DNA of 64,000 nucleotides from the human T2T-CHM13v2.0 reference genome, Homo sapiens (GCA_009914755.4 CP068257.2:15328001-15392000), one strand, 5' to 3'. Shown: positions 1 through 13,726, counted from the stretch's first letter. A program made the numbers and translations. Notes: generated by a model not told the origin, from the letters alone.

Positions 1-395
1 TATATATAATATATTATATATTACTATATATAATATATTATATATTACTATATATAATATATTATATATTACTATAATATTCATAATTATATAATCATAT
101 AATTATAATCATGTAATTATATAATTATATAATTATAATTATATAATTATAATCATAATCTTATATAGTATATAATATGTTATATAATATATAATATATT
201 ATATATATCATATAATTATATGATATATATAATATATTATATATATTATAAATATTATATAATTTTATTATATGTTATATATTATATCATAGTATATATT
301 ATATAATATATAATATAATATAATATAAATTATATAATATAAATATATGATATATTATATAATATATATTATATATTATTTTACATATCTTTATA
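1..395. repeat. AT-rich simple/low-complexity repeat, (TA)n / (TATAA)n-like degenerate tandem array
   Basis: About 390 bp composed almost entirely of TATATAAT / ATATTA motifs; no ORF; direct reading. Confidence 0.9.
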
Positions 396-1214
396 TATAT
401 ACGCAAATATATAAATTACACATCTTCAGGTATTCCTCTATGGCAACACAAATGATATGATATATACATGAGGTTTATTTGGCTTTTGGTTCTGTGGGCT
501 GTAGAAGAAGCATGGTGTACTTCTGGTGAAGGCTTCAGGTTGCTTCCAGGCAGAAGCAGAAAGGGAGCCAGTATGTGCAGAGTTCACATACTAAGAGAGG
601 GAGCAAGAGAGAGAGATGAGAGAGAGATGAGAGGAAGGTGCCAGACTCTTTTTAATAACCAGCTCTCATAGGAACTAATGGAATGAGAACTCACTCAGTT
701 CCCCCAGGGAGGGCATTAATCTGTTCATGAGGGATCTGTCCCCATGACTCAAATGCTTCGCAGTTAGGCTCCACTTCAACACTGAGGGTCAAATTTCAAC
801 AGGAGATTTGGAGGGTCAAATATCCAAACTACAGCACCATTATATTCCCAAATTCTATGCCCTTCCCCCTACAACAAACAAATATTCTAATGGATTTAAC
901 ATGATTTTGTTTGTATGTGTCGTTTCAAAATGCATGTTTTGATTGCACATACATTTTTAGTGTGTATAAATTGGGTTTTTAATAAAAATCCTTTTTATTT
1001 TTTATGGACACTACGTTTTGAAAATACATGTATGTTGATATTTATATATTTAATACATTGCTCCATAGTATTATCTAATTTTCTACCAGAACCACCTGGA
1101 AATATGCACTCTGAAAGCATACGGAAACCGAATAAGTGAGAAGGAAAATCAATTCAGTGTCACCTAATCTTTCACTATAAAGAGTAAAGTGAGTTATATT
1201 TAATATACAATATT

Positions 1215-1400
1215 AACGAAGTACTTACACTACACATGCTTACACTACACATGCTCGAAGCATTCACATGTTTACGTTTAGGGATATTACAGGATTTTGC
1301 TTGATGTAATGTGTACGTCATTACGAAGTGCTTACACTACACATGCTCAGAGCATTCACATGTTTACGTTTAGGGATATTACAGGATTTTGCTTGATATA
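1215..1400. repeat. Local tandem duplication, period ~106 bp, ~1.75 copies; copy 1 carries an extra internal 15-bp duplication (tacactacacatgct x2)
   Basis: acgaagt(a/g)cttacactacacatgct...gcattcacatgtttacgtttagggatattacaggattttgcttgat occurs at ~1215-1304 and again at ~1321-1398 with only a few mismatches. Confidence 0.85.
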
Positions 1401-1699
1401 CAGCATATAGCCTGCAGTAGAGAAACTATAAAAAATCCGGGAGAATAAATAATAAGAACTAGAGATGGGCTATAGAGCAGTAACAAGGATTAAAATAAAA
1501 ATTCAGTTCCTTTTTAATCACTGGCAAATAGTAAAACTTTTCTCGGGAAACAAGAAAGTATCATTATTTAAACAAGTTTTCTATAACTTCTTTTATAAAC
1601 TCTTTAATTTCTTTCTTCTTTCAAAACTAAGTTTATGGAGCTTGAACTACAGTACAGTCATTTTAACTTAATTTTGATAAGGATCCAGCAGGTTGGTGG

Positions 1700-1790
1700 T
1701 TATTATCCCCATTTTATTGATAAAGAAACTGAGGTGGTAAGAATGTGAAAAAGTCAGGGAGCTAACGCAAGGGAGGAATTAATTCAAACC
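1700..1790 (-). mobile_element. MIR SINE fragment (antisense)
   Basis: tattatccccattttat...gaaactgaggtgg resembles the reverse complement of the MIR 3' region (ccccattttacagatgaggaaactgaggc). Confidence 0.5.
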
Positions 1791-1799
1791 TAGGTTTGG

Positions 1800-1990
1800 A
1801 GGAACACAGGCTTTAGTCAGAAATACTTTGTTCAAATCCTAAAACGCTGCTACTTACCAATTCTCTGACATTTGGCAAGTTACCTACATCCTCTGTGCCT
1901 TGGTTCCTAATCTGTCGAATGAAGTTACTGATGCCTATTTAAAGAATTGCTGTGAGTGTTACAGGGAGGACATAACTGGCACTTATTTAT
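1800..1990 (+). mobile_element. MIR SINE fragment (sense)
   Basis: ggctttagtcagaaatac...ctgtgccttggttcctaatctgt...gaattgctgtgagtgttacaggg parallels the MIR consensus (ggctttggagtcagac...ctgtgcctcagtttcctcatctgtaaaatgg...ttgttgtgaggattaaatga). Confidence 0.55.
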
Positions 1991-2514
1991 TTATTTATTC
2001 TTACTAAGCCCACATATTCCATAGCTGAAACAGGAGCTGAACCCATGCTTTAGGGTGTTAATTCACTATTTGTTCCGGGAGACTAGTTACATCTTTAACT
2101 AATCAACATACAATATTCTTATATGCAAAGTATCTGATGTCTAAATTACACTTTGTATCTTGGTCTTATTCTCTCTTCTCAATGCCTATTGGCCATAGTA
2201 GTCCTCCTCTACCACCAGAGTAATCTTCCTTCTGGCCCTGTGACTTGATCATGTTACTAATTTTAGCAGGAAAATACTATATTTGAAACCCTTCACAACC
2301 GGACCTGTGACTGCTTTTGAAATTCATCTGCTTCTATTGCTTGGGCTCCAGCTTGGGGCAGTCTGGTTTTTAATCCCATCTTCACTTTGACTCATGAATT
2401 CACTTACTCCCATATGTATCTGCATCTTTGTTTCACATATACACCTTTCTTTAAGGCCTGTGAAGCCTTTTTCCTTCCCCCTAACATAAACACAGCTTCT
2501 TTGAATCTTTGCAC

Positions 2515-2923
<409 letters not shown>

Positions 2924-4368
2924 TGAATCATTGAACTCAGAACAAAGTTTTCTTCTTCTTCTCCTATGACATGTACATAGAACTTCAAATTACAGACATT
3001 TGTATTCTTAACTCATTCTCCCTATTTAACTACAGCTTCTTGAAAACAAATTTTCTTACTCATTTCTTGTCACTTAATGCATGCATGAGACCTTATGTAT
3101 GGTTGGTACTTAGTAAATATTAAATGAACATAACTAAATTAAAAGCTTGAAGGTTTTCACTTCTGGGTTGCAAGACCTGTGTTTCTTAAACTACTTTGGC
3201 CTTCCAGGTAACTTTTATAAAATCAAAATAAATTATCAAGAAGATGACAAAGAACGATTGATAAATAAAAGAGTTAAACTTTCAGAAAGCAGTGACAGCA
3301 TTCATTTTACTCACAAGCCAAGACAGCTCAACAACACAATTGAAAGCTACCGAAGTAAGTTGGGATTCTTGGTGAAACAACATTGCATAATATCTCACAG
3401 TGGCTTTAAGTCACCACAGTGCAGGGGGTGAAAGCATTTTCCACTTGGAATCTAAGGCAACTTAAAAGGATTATTGATTTTTCCCTCTACTTATAAATGA
3501 GAGTCACATATTAGGAGTGAAAGCTGCAGACCCAACATAATGACCTTTCTACTTGGCTTCTTTTTCCTAACATAAACAGAATCACTTTCTGTGGTTAAGA
3601 GGATATTAAGCAGTCAATCTTGTAATTGTGTGCGTGTGTGTGACTGCCTGCTCCTTGAGAGCAAAAATTAGTAGCAACATTTTTAATTTTAAAAATTTTG
3701 GTTCTGTTCACTTAGCATTAGAAATCTCAATATCTAATTGTGTGTTTTCTCTTCCTGCTCTGGTGTTGAAAAGTCTTGTGTTTACTTAACGCCTCATCAC
3801 TAATACACAAGTTCAGCTGAAAACGGTCACTTTATTGAAGACATAAGACCTGGCTTGACCTTGTTTAAGATGTAAGATTTAAAATAAACTTATCGTTTCC
3901 TGATGCGTTATCATAAGAAGAAAGATTCTAAAATATAAAATAGTGGGAAAGCCCATATTAAAACTGCCCTCCAAAACAAAGGCTGCGGGGTTGACAAAGT
4001 CATTAAAATCAGATTTTGTTTTGTCTGTCAGATTTCAATTTCGTGATTTAATTAGGGATTTTCTGAAAACAAGTTGAGGCTTGGTGGATTTCCTGCTCTT
4101 TGTTGCTAGTTCCTTTCTCAGGGATTTAAAATGACTGCATTTTCTACAGCTTCTCACTCTTTTGAGTGAACTCTGAATTATTTCTGTGTTTCTTTTAAGA
4201 TTTTCTTTCTTTCTTCACTATTCAATGACATCTAGCTTCTATTTTAATGATAGAAAAGTAATGATCTTGGGCGATCATCTGCAACTGCTTCACTGTAAGC
4301 AAGCAGAAACATTTTTGTGATTTGAAAGGTACCAGGTAGATCCTTTCTCTGTCTGAAACTGTTATCTC

Positions 4369-4407
4369 TAACACACACACACACACACACACACATACAC
4401 ACACACT
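4369..4407. repeat. (CA)n dinucleotide microsatellite, ~18 units with one interruption
   Basis: acacacacacacacacacacacatacacacacac read directly. Confidence 0.9.
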
Positions 4408-4619
4408 GCCAGTTGTTATGTCTGAAGTTCTCCCATTGAAGGGCTCCCATCAGTTCATTCTAACAAACACAAGTTTCACATACCATGTGAGAGAGTCATC
4501 CCTTTAGATACTGAAATTACAAAAATAATATCTGCAATTTGCCCAGCACTAATTATGCATCAAGCACAGAACTAAGTCTTCTACTTATATTCTCTCATTT
4601 CATCCTCACATCATCACAA

Positions 4620-4760
4620 TGAGGTAAATATTAGAACCCTCAATTTCCATATGAAGAAAGTGAGGACCAGAGAAGTGACTTGGCCAAGGTCACAGAGCCT
4701 GTAAGTGTTAAATGAGCAGGTTTTTCTGATTTCAGAGATTGAGCTCTACCTGACACTGCT
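4620..4760 (-). mobile_element. MIR SINE fragment (antisense)
   Basis: gaagaaagtgaggaccagagaagtgacttggccaaggtcacagagcctgtaagtg matches the reverse complement of the MIR core (gaggaaactgaggcacagagaggttaagtgacttgcccaaggtcacacagctagtaagtg). Confidence 0.55.
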
Positions 4761-5007
4761 TCTGTGAATAAGGAAGTCCCTGTCAAGAGGTTGATAGCCA
4801 GAGACAAAATGGAAATAATTCTTAAGAGTTTGAAAAGAGCCTTCAATTTTGGCAAGAATCCCATTTTTACAGATAAGAAAACAGGTTCAGGGGATTTTCA
4901 AAGTTTCTCAGGCTTATAAACCTAATGTGTCAGTTACCAATTTGTAATGTCTCAGCTTCAAATCTACTCTCCATTGCATGGTATTCAGGATAGAAACAGA
5001 CCCTGGG

Positions 5008-5385
5008 TATTAGTTTTCTATAGTTTCCATAACAAAGTACCACAAGCAGGGCAACTTAACCAACAGGAATTTATTTTCTGTTCTAGAGGCTAGAAGTCTG
5101 AGATCAAGGTGTTGGCAGGCTTGGTTTAATTGAGGCCTGTCTCCTTGGCTTGCAGATGGCTGTCTTCTCCCTGTGTCGTTACATGGTCTTCTCTCTGTAC
5201 ATGTCTGTGTCCTAATTTCTTCCTATAAGGACATTAGTCATATCGGATCAGCTGTCACTCTAACGAACTCAGCTAGCCTCAATTACCTGTTTAAAGATCT
5301 TATTTCCAGACACAGTGCCATCCTGAGTACTGGGGGTTGAAACTTCCACATGCAAATTTTGGGAGACACAATTCAGCCCATAACA
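5008..5385 (+). mobile_element. ERVL-MaLR-type solo LTR (MLT1-like family; exact subfamily not assigned)
   Basis: Starts with ...ataacaaagtaccacaagcagggcaacttaaccaacaggaatttattttctgttctagaggctagaagtctgagatcaaggtgttggcagg and ends with ...tactgggggttgaaacttccacatgcaaattttgggagacacaattcagcccataaca. These are the hallmark termini of this common mammalian LTR family. Confidence 0.6.
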
Positions 5386-6774
5386 CTCTGTAAATTTTTA
5401 CTTTTGCAGCTGCACAGTATTAAACTTTGTCAGTAGAAGGTGCAGAAGACACACTGGAAGAGAAAGGGTTTCTCATCCTGGTTCTGGTATGCTGCACTAG
5501 ACAAGCCCCTGCAGCATATGCAGCACAGCCTCTGCAGAACCAGGCTCCTGTAGTATGTGTGGCTTCTGCAGCACATGGCTCCAGCAACACCTACCAGACA
5601 GCAGCACATGGCAATTCCCCACGGACAGCTGCTACCAGCTTCCTCTTATAAGGCTTTTAGGTAAAGGATCACCAGCATGGGACCTACCATGAGCAGCTTC
5701 TCCAGGCGCCCTCTTGGGTGGCTACACAACAGAATCCTGCTAGCCAGCCCAGCACCGCCTCATCCATGGCTTCTCTAGGGAACTTCCTTGGGGCAGCTTC
5801 ACAGTGAGTTCCAAGGTACAGCAGCTCTCCAGAGCAGCTTCCCCCAGCAGCTCAGAGAGTGGCTTCTCAGTAAATGCTGCCAACATGGCACCTCCCGGTG
5901 GATGACTTTCCCTGGAACTTTTCTGGAATCCCCTTGGGTGTCCTTGCAGTCTTGTGAACATCTCTGCCATACAGTGAGCTACTGCTGCACTGTCTCCAAT
6001 GAAATCCAGACTGTCTCAGGATGGGAAGGGGCATCCAGATTTGATTTTTTTTATTCCTTGGATATTGTTTTTCATACCCAGGGGGAAGTGGTTGTTTCCC
6101 ATACCTACTATTCTTCTACTTATTATTATTTTTTTTAGTGTCTTTACTTCTAGTCAATCTCCTGTTAGTCTAATACCCTGTTAATAATTTCTTATATTAA
6201 TTGTGTCTTTTTAAAATTATCTTTAAATTAAAAAAAATCTTTGTGTTTTCTATCTACCAATTAGACCCCAACTAATACAACCGGTAAGTGGCAAACCCAG
6301 TACCCAGATAATCCTATAAAAAAAGGAAAATGCATAGGTGTTATAAAGATTGAAAAGGAAAATGTAAAACTGTCATTCTTTCCAGAGGATAAGGTCATTT
6401 ATTTAGAAATGCCAGCAGAATGGAGATGACGACCATAGATGACAGAAATACAATGGAAAAGAAATTAACAATAAAATTTAAACTGCAGTTCCTTACATAA
6501 ATTAACAATGATAAATAGCTATAAACTTGGGATTGTAATTAATTTGTCTCTCTACCAAAATTCTAAAAAGTGTAGAATTTAAGAAAATAAAAGTCTATAG
6601 GAATGAATGACATCAGCTAGGGAAGAGTTTTATAAGCAGAAGCAAGAGGGCTGATATCAACGAGAAATGTAGTAGAGATAGAATAGCCAGCAAAGAGACT
6701 GAAAAGGAAGGAACAAGAAAAAATGTGGGCATATAATGTGGAATCCTAGTAAAAAGGAATCAGCAGAACTGTGG

Positions 6775-6960
6775 ACTGTCAGCCAAATCTGACCGTCCTC
6801 CCACCCACACACTCCAGCCTTCTACCCCTACCTGTTTTTGGACAGCTCCTGAGCTAAGAATCAGTTTTATGCTAAAACAGAAAAGTTGAATAGTTGCAAC
6901 AGAGACTGTTTGGCAGCCAAAGTCTAAAATATTATCACCTAGCACTTTACAGGAAAAGTG
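6775..6960. mobile_element. MER20-like hAT-Charlie non-autonomous DNA transposon relic (family name from memory, uncertain)
   Basis: cagaaaagttgaatagttgcaacagagactgtttggcagccaaagtctaaaatattatcacctagcactttacaggaaaag resembles the remembered consensus ggcagagttgagtagttgcgacagagaccgtatggcccgcaaagcctaaaatatttactatctggcccttttacagaaaaag. Confidence 0.4.
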
Positions 6961-7859
6961 TAATGACCCTGCTAAAGAAGTGTCTCAAATGCTTTTGTGA
7001 GACAGAGTAAAATGCGGACAAAAATATGACCATTTGTTTGCTTGAATTCTGTGTCCTCTGAAAGTGAATTTCACATCCCTAAAACTCAGATCAGATATAA
7101 TCTAAACTTTTTCTCCTTAAAATTGAACTTTACCAACTCTTGAACTCCCATTCTCTAAAATTCAGGATATACTCAGTCTCATTTCATATACTTATCCTAC
7201 CTAGGGATAATCTAAATTCCAGGCAGCTTACTTATCCCTCTAAAATTGAGGAGAAGGCCAGCCTGGTCTACAGCAATCCTCCATCATCTACTGACCTCTA
7301 TCAAGATGCACATTCCTCACCAACCTTTGATGGCTGGCACTGACCTCTGGTGTATTGTCTACCCTTTGATCACCAGGTTGATGCCAGTCATACACTGTCT
7401 TCATCATACCAATTATGCCAGGTGAAGTCTTCCAGCTTACTCACCATTCCTTTTTCACCTCTCTCACTTAGACTCTAGGCAACTTTGCTGTGCTTTTTCA
7501 TGTACCATACTGGATGGGCAGAAATCTGTGAGAGCTTACCCCTCTACTGATATCCTTCTATTCAACAAGCTTCTCTGGGGGCGTGGGTTCACACCAGGCC
7601 ACCCCAAGAAAGCAAAGCACAGGTGTTGTTCAGCCCAAACTTATCAGAAACAGAGAGAAAGTGGGTCTATGATTTTTGAACTTGCTTAGAGACATTCTCC
7701 AAGGTCTGACTCTGCATTTTCTCTCACAATTCTGAAGCCTTTCCCAATTTTAACAATTCTTTCAGTGGAAGAAAAACTAATTCTTACAACATTTTATTTT
7801 TTAATTATCTTTAATATAGCAGAGAAAGTAATGAGTGAGGTGATATCATGGCATATTTC

Positions 7860-8660
7860 ATATGTATTAAAAATTAATAAGGGAATTTTATTAAAAACTT
7901 AATGCCCATAAATTTTACAACTTAGATAAAATAGACAATTTCCTTAAAAGGCATAAATTACCAAACTCAATAAAGAGAAAATAGATAACTCAGACAGCTG
8001 TATGTATTATATAAATTGAAATTGTATTTAACAGTCTTTCCCAAAAGAAAACTAGAGATCCAAATATTTTCACTGGTGAATTCTACCTAACGTTTATGAA
8101 GAAAATAATGCCAAGTCCACATTAACTCTTCCAAAAAATTAAAGAGGATGAAATACTCATTGTATGAAGCAAGGATTACTCTGATACCAAAACAAAATAT
8201 ATTACAAGAAAAGAAAACAACAGACCATATCCCTCATAAAAATAGCTACAAATATTCTAAACAAAATTTTAGCAAATCAAATTTTACAATACATTGAGAT
8301 GATAATACATCATGACCAAGTTGAGTTTTTCTCATAAATGCAAGTTTGGCTTTATATCTTCAAAAAAAATCAATGTATTAAAAGACTTAAAAAATGAAAG
8401 CCATGTGACCATCTCAATAAATGCAAAAAAAAAGGCTTTGACAAATTCTAACACCCATTTCTGACAAAAATAAATAAAACTCTCCATATCAGGAATGAAA
8501 GTGAACTTTTCTCAAACCGATAAAAAGCATCTACAAAAAAAGTGGAGCTAACATCATATTTAATTGTATAAGTTAAAGTAAGAGCAGAATGTGAATTGTG
8601 TTGATGTCAGGTTAAAAACCAATACTTTGTCCTACAGGCCAGAGATGGCCTATTGGTTTT
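7860..8660 (+). mobile_element. Ancient L1 (L1M-like) ORF2 fragment, sense orientation
   Basis: cactggtgaattctacctaacgtttatgaagaaaataatgccaagtcc...ccaaaaaattaaagaggatgaaatactc...attactctgataccaaaacaaaatatattacaagaaaagaaaacaacagaccatatccctcataaaaatagctacaaatattctaaacaaaattttagcaaatcaaatt...catcatgaccaagttgagttttt...atctcaataaatgcaaaaaaaaaggctttgacaaattctaacacccatt tracks the L1 ORF2 RT region codon by codon (FTGEFYQTF...SFYEASITLIPKPDKD...[23 protein letters not shown]...HHDQVGFIP...[16 protein letters not shown]), with many stops and indels. Confidence 0.75.
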
Positions 8661-8881
8661 ATTTCAAATGCCAAATCTAGTAAACTACATTGACAAGAAT
8701 TCTGAGACCACATTCAATCTTTGCAAGAAATAGAGTTTTAAGATAAGGGCAATATGAAGTGGTACGTGCCTGTTATCATTGCTACAAACAATAGGAAATT
8801 ACTGACAATATAGGAACCACATCAATAGAGAACACAATAGAATCTCAAACTTGAAGGGACATAAACATTTAAACTTGTTTT

Positions 8882-9158
8882 CTATTTTTATTTTTATTTT
8901 TTATTTTACTTTAAGTTCTGGGACACATGTGCAGAACCCGCAGGTTTGTTACATAGGTATACATGTGCCATGGTGGTTTGCTGTACCTATCAACCTGTCA
9001 TCTAGGTTTTAAACCCCATATGCATTAGGTATTTCTCCTAATGCTCTCCCTCCCCTTGTCGCCCACCACCTAACAGGCCCCAGTGTGTGATGTTCCTCTC
9101 CCAGTGTCCATGTGTTCTCATTGTTCAACTCCCACTTATGAGTGAGAACATATGGTGT
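8882..9158 (-). mobile_element. Primate L1 (L1PA/L1PB-like) 3' end, antisense; its poly-A tail appears as poly-T at the left edge
   Basis: tttttatttttattttttattttactttaagttctgggacacatgtgcagaacccgcaggtttgttacataggtatacatgtgccatggtggtttgctg...ttgttcaactcccacttatgagtgagaacatatggtgt matches the reverse complement of the L1PA 3' terminus almost base for base. Confidence 0.85.
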
Positions 9159-12100
9159 CAAACTTGCATTTTAAAAAGAACATACTGATGAGGGGGTGCA
9201 GAATAACTCATATAAGAGATTAAATATGAAGCTAGTATTATACTCGCAGTAATGAGGTGCCTTTCCAAGATTTAATAAAAGGATAGACTACTTATGCCTA
9301 CAAAGATAAGAGCAAAGACATTATGAACCATATTAAAGAGGCCAAATAATTCTTAGACTAAAACTCTAAAAGAACTCAGTGAGAGCTTGGTCATAGATCA
9401 AGAAATAATTTGTTAATCAAAAGGAGGATGACAATTGTTATGATTATTGAAAGTGAATCATCAATAAAGAAATATCAGTTGATCTATAGCACTTTTCAAT
9501 GGAAAGGATGTGCTGAACTATAAAAGGAATTGTCTAGTACTCACGGCCACTATGACTCTAAGGTGATATGAGTTCATTAGACTTCCATAGCTCCAAAAGA
9601 CTAGTCATTAAAATCATCTGATCAACACCTCTCACTCTGATTCTATTCCTACCATCAACTTTCTAGTTATCTTTTGGTTTGCATGTGATTTACCTTTAAA
9701 GAAAGTATCCTGATTACTGAACTCTGCTCTCTGGTTCAATTTTTTTTGTATTATTAATTTCAAAATTAGCATTATATTTTATATATGCATTTATTATGAC
9801 TTAGGTAGTTAAGTTTCAGCACCCTGTAAACTCTATAAGTATTAACTCCCATGTTTCTAAGACCCCTCTAATCCTGAATTGTAATGACTAAACAAAGTTA
9901 CCACTACTATGGAAATATATAGCTCTGTCTCACTGCTTACCTCCAAATTGTAACAAACAGCACAATACATATTTGTTTTGTTGTAGTATAAAGAAGGGTG
10001 GAATATATATATAAGTATAATAAAGATCTTAACACTAATTCCCTTGCTATGCACCCCAAACCCAGGTAAAAGTATGTTGTGGAACACTGTAAGAATAATG
10101 CAATTATTGTGTTAAAAACAAAAAAAACTATCACATACTTTTGAATTTTAGAACTAAATTGACCATTACAAAAGATAAGAAGACATTGCCTAGAAATCTG
10201 ATAATCTAATGTGATATATTTCGCTCTTCTCTCTTCTGGTATTGAACAATGAAAAAACAAACTGTTACCAAAAATAGCTACCTTACTCGAATATAATTGT
10301 CCATGCTGCATTAATTTTTAATTAATCTTGGATAGGCAAGCATTGCAGTATCCCTCTAAAAAATATTAAACATTTAAATTATATTCTCCCTTAATCAACT
10401 TATTATATTAAGAAAAGAAAACAACTATTTTGGCAACTTCAGCCTTCATTGGCTTTCTTTTTTCTTGATTTCCATGAAGATTTTAAGGGCATGTTCTCAT
10501 TAGGTCTTCCACATATTTGCCCATTTTTCATTTTTTGAAATTAAAAAATATATATATATGAATGATATCAGGCATACTTTTGGCACTTCTCCATTTTAAA
10601 GCTGACAAATGGAGTTCAAGATAACAAACTGCCAAAGACTGTGGGGAAAACAGAGAGCAAACATTGAGTGTGCCAAGCAAGTTGTTTGCCATCAGTCATA
10701 TTGACATAATGTGCCTACACTGAGAGAGACATAACAGCATCCTGCTAGATAATTCTAGGGAAAGGGGGTGAAAGCTTAATAGAACAATCAGTGGGTTACT
10801 TTTTTACCTATTTAAAGAATGATTACAAAATGACTTCTTAGATTGGATTGCTGATTGACATGCACTCATTTACAGTCAAGAGTTTTTAGGACAACACGTG
10901 GAGAAAGAGATATGGACGTAACCACACCAGGATTGTGTTTTTATGTGACCCAGGAGATAACCTTGAAACAATAGAAAGATAACAAATTGAAAACTGGCAT
11001 ATTTTTATATAAAAAATACAATTTTTACCCTCAAGAAATTTACAATAAGATAAAAAAATTTGAAATTTTTAATTTAAGGAAATCTTTGCACATTCTTTTT
11101 CTCTTATTTGTCAATAAATTTACAAATATTAGCTAACTTAAAAGAGTTCTGAGAAATAAGCAAAAGATGAAAACTATACAAAGAACAAAAAAACTTTCTT
11201 ATTTCCTATTTTGAGGAAAAAAGTATTCATCTCAAAGGCTTAGTTTGGTAGTGGTAGACAGTCCCAATATTATTTTGGAACTTGCCTGATCGGCTGGAGA
11301 TATTACATAAGGGTATCTACATCATAGGATCAGGAAAACTCACATTCTTTGATTCATTCAGCTAGTTAGCCCCTCTAGTGTGGAGTACAAGTTTAGGGTG
11401 AACAAAAATACACATACAGAAATTATGTCATAACATGATAAAATAAAATGTAATAAAAATAATGAATGTTATATGGCTGAAATGCCCTTCATTTAATTCC
11501 GACTGATTATTAAGATATTCAACGGACCAGTTTAAAGCCAGACAGCTAAAACTTCTACCTAGATGTGTGGTGCACTGCAAACCCATCATGCTGAAAATTT
11601 GATTCACTATATATTCATCTAAAAATTATTTTTAGAACATACTATGTTCAAGGCAATGTGACTTTTCCTTCTCCTTATTTCTACTCTCATGTTCAGAAAA
11701 CATAACATATGAAAGTAGACCAAAGACTAAATATTACTGGCTACTATATACACCAAGATCAGTTTTTATCAAGTATTTGTACTTCTTCATATGTATGGAC
11801 ATTATTCAGCAAATACTTGCACGAAATAACCTATTAGCTTGGCCGGTTGCCTTTGGTTCCCTCTATACCTTCTTGTTTCAGAAACTTCCCATCTCAGTAT
11901 GGTACAATATCCACAGGTCCCTGTTTGTGGAATCTCTACAGTGGCTCTCCATCAGTTTCAGGGTTTTTACTGGCTTTAGTAAAATCAAAGGCATATAACT
12001 ATCATTCTTGGAAAGTTTAGAATTTTGTTTCTATCATAAAATGTTTTCATATGATTGATGATATGCCAGAAATATCACTGCTTTACAATACATACCTCTA

Positions 12101-13726
12101 GAAATAGTGAGGGGATTTCAAAATTTTGGTTTATACCCCAAAAAGACAGTAAGAATAAAAGATGTGTTAACTGATGAATTCAGTGAATAATCTCTAAATG
12201 GAATTCTCTCATTCTTTTCTTACTACTATACCCCCTTTTATAATTTCCTGTCTCTGAACAAGCATGTGCATGTGTATTCACATGTGCACACACAGAGAAA
12301 GTTACATGAATCCCTTTTTTTCTTACTAGAACCTGAAATGGTTTCCTCTACTTAAGGTCTATGATACTTGACACTATTAAACGATGGGCTCTTTTTCTAT
12401 TTTAGTTTTCTTTTACTTTACTTGCTATGTAACAATAAATATTTGCACCCTACTGACCAAGATTTTAAAAAAAAGAGGGAAAGGAAAATAAAATGTTAGC
12501 TCTGTTTGTGGTATTCACTTAATCTTTTTCAAAATGAATTCCATAGTATTGAAAGATAAGAAAAAATTATCTTACTTGGCAAGGCCAAATTTATTATAAA
12601 GTATATTTGTTCATTTTGCAAGTCAGTTTTTGCTAAAATAAGAAATTTATAATCCTCAGAAATCTATGAACACAGATCATAATATTGGCAAAAATAATTT
12701 TCTAAAAATATTTGGTATGTTTATAACTGATATGCTGTCTTTTGGAAATTACTTAAGCATCAGATAACATAAAAATTGTTTTTATCCCTCTCTAATAACA
12801 GTATTTCTAACTTGTAACTACTTATAGAAGACATGATGGCACTAGTAAAAGAGTAAAGTATCAAATAGGAATATTATATTATTTAGGGTAAGGTAAGGTA
12901 AAGTAATAAATAAAATCAAAATTTCAGCAGTTTAATACAATTGAAGTTTATTTCTCAGTCGTAAGTGTGTGCTCCTGGTTGGTGGAGACTCTTCCTCATG
13001 CTATAATTTAGGGACCCAAACTTTTTCTAAACTGTGACTCTGCTCTGTCCTAAAGGCTTCAACATTATTACCTGGCTCTAGGTGTATGAGACAGGTACCA
13101 TTGCTTCTTAAAAGTCGTACCTAGAACTTGAAAACATCACTTCCTCTCACATTCCAGAATTATTTACAGGGTCATACCTAGCTTCAAGGGAAACTAGGAG
13201 ATAAAATTCCACCGGGAACAGCCATCACGCTAAACCATGAAAACGTGCATAACTTTTGGTAGACAAACCTTTAACCCCATTATGTTCAGATAAGCCCAAA
13301 GTATTCAACCAAGAAATACGATTTTTGAATAAATCACAAAAAATTTAGAAGTCATAAAATCTTTTGGAAAACATGTGTTAATACATCTCTGTGGCATACT
13401 TGTTTTATTTCTTATATTTCTTAAATTGCTTAAAATTACTGTTTTGCTCACCAAGGGCATCAATTTATTCATTTTACTACTGACCAAACAAAAATATTGC
13501 ATAAATGTATAATAATGCAACAATGTAACCCTGATTCATTTAGTTTCCTAATCATAATTTCAAGAACATATCTACAGACAGCAAATACATACCTACATTT
13601 GTTTCCTGGCTCTTTTTAATATGAAATTCCAATAGATGTCTATGATCCTGACCATGTGAACACTGACATTAAAAACCAAGATGGAATACCCATAAATTTT
13701 TCACATTTGTCTACTACTTATAAACA

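Noticed and set aside
1-395. Extremely AT-rich block that could be read as a replication origin or a dense promoter/UP-element region
   Set aside because: It is a degenerate (TA)n/(TATAA)n simple repeat typical of mammalian AT-rich isochores. There are no flanking genes or other origin features.
5420-6060. Segment with internally repeated motifs (gcagcatatgcagcacagcctctgcag / gcagcacatggctccagcaac / cagcagcacatggcaattcc) and several overlapping ORFs
   Set aside because: It looks like an old, unassigned interspersed repeat (possibly LTR-derived) next to the MaLR LTR at 5008-5385. I cannot name the family, and there is no evidence for a gene.
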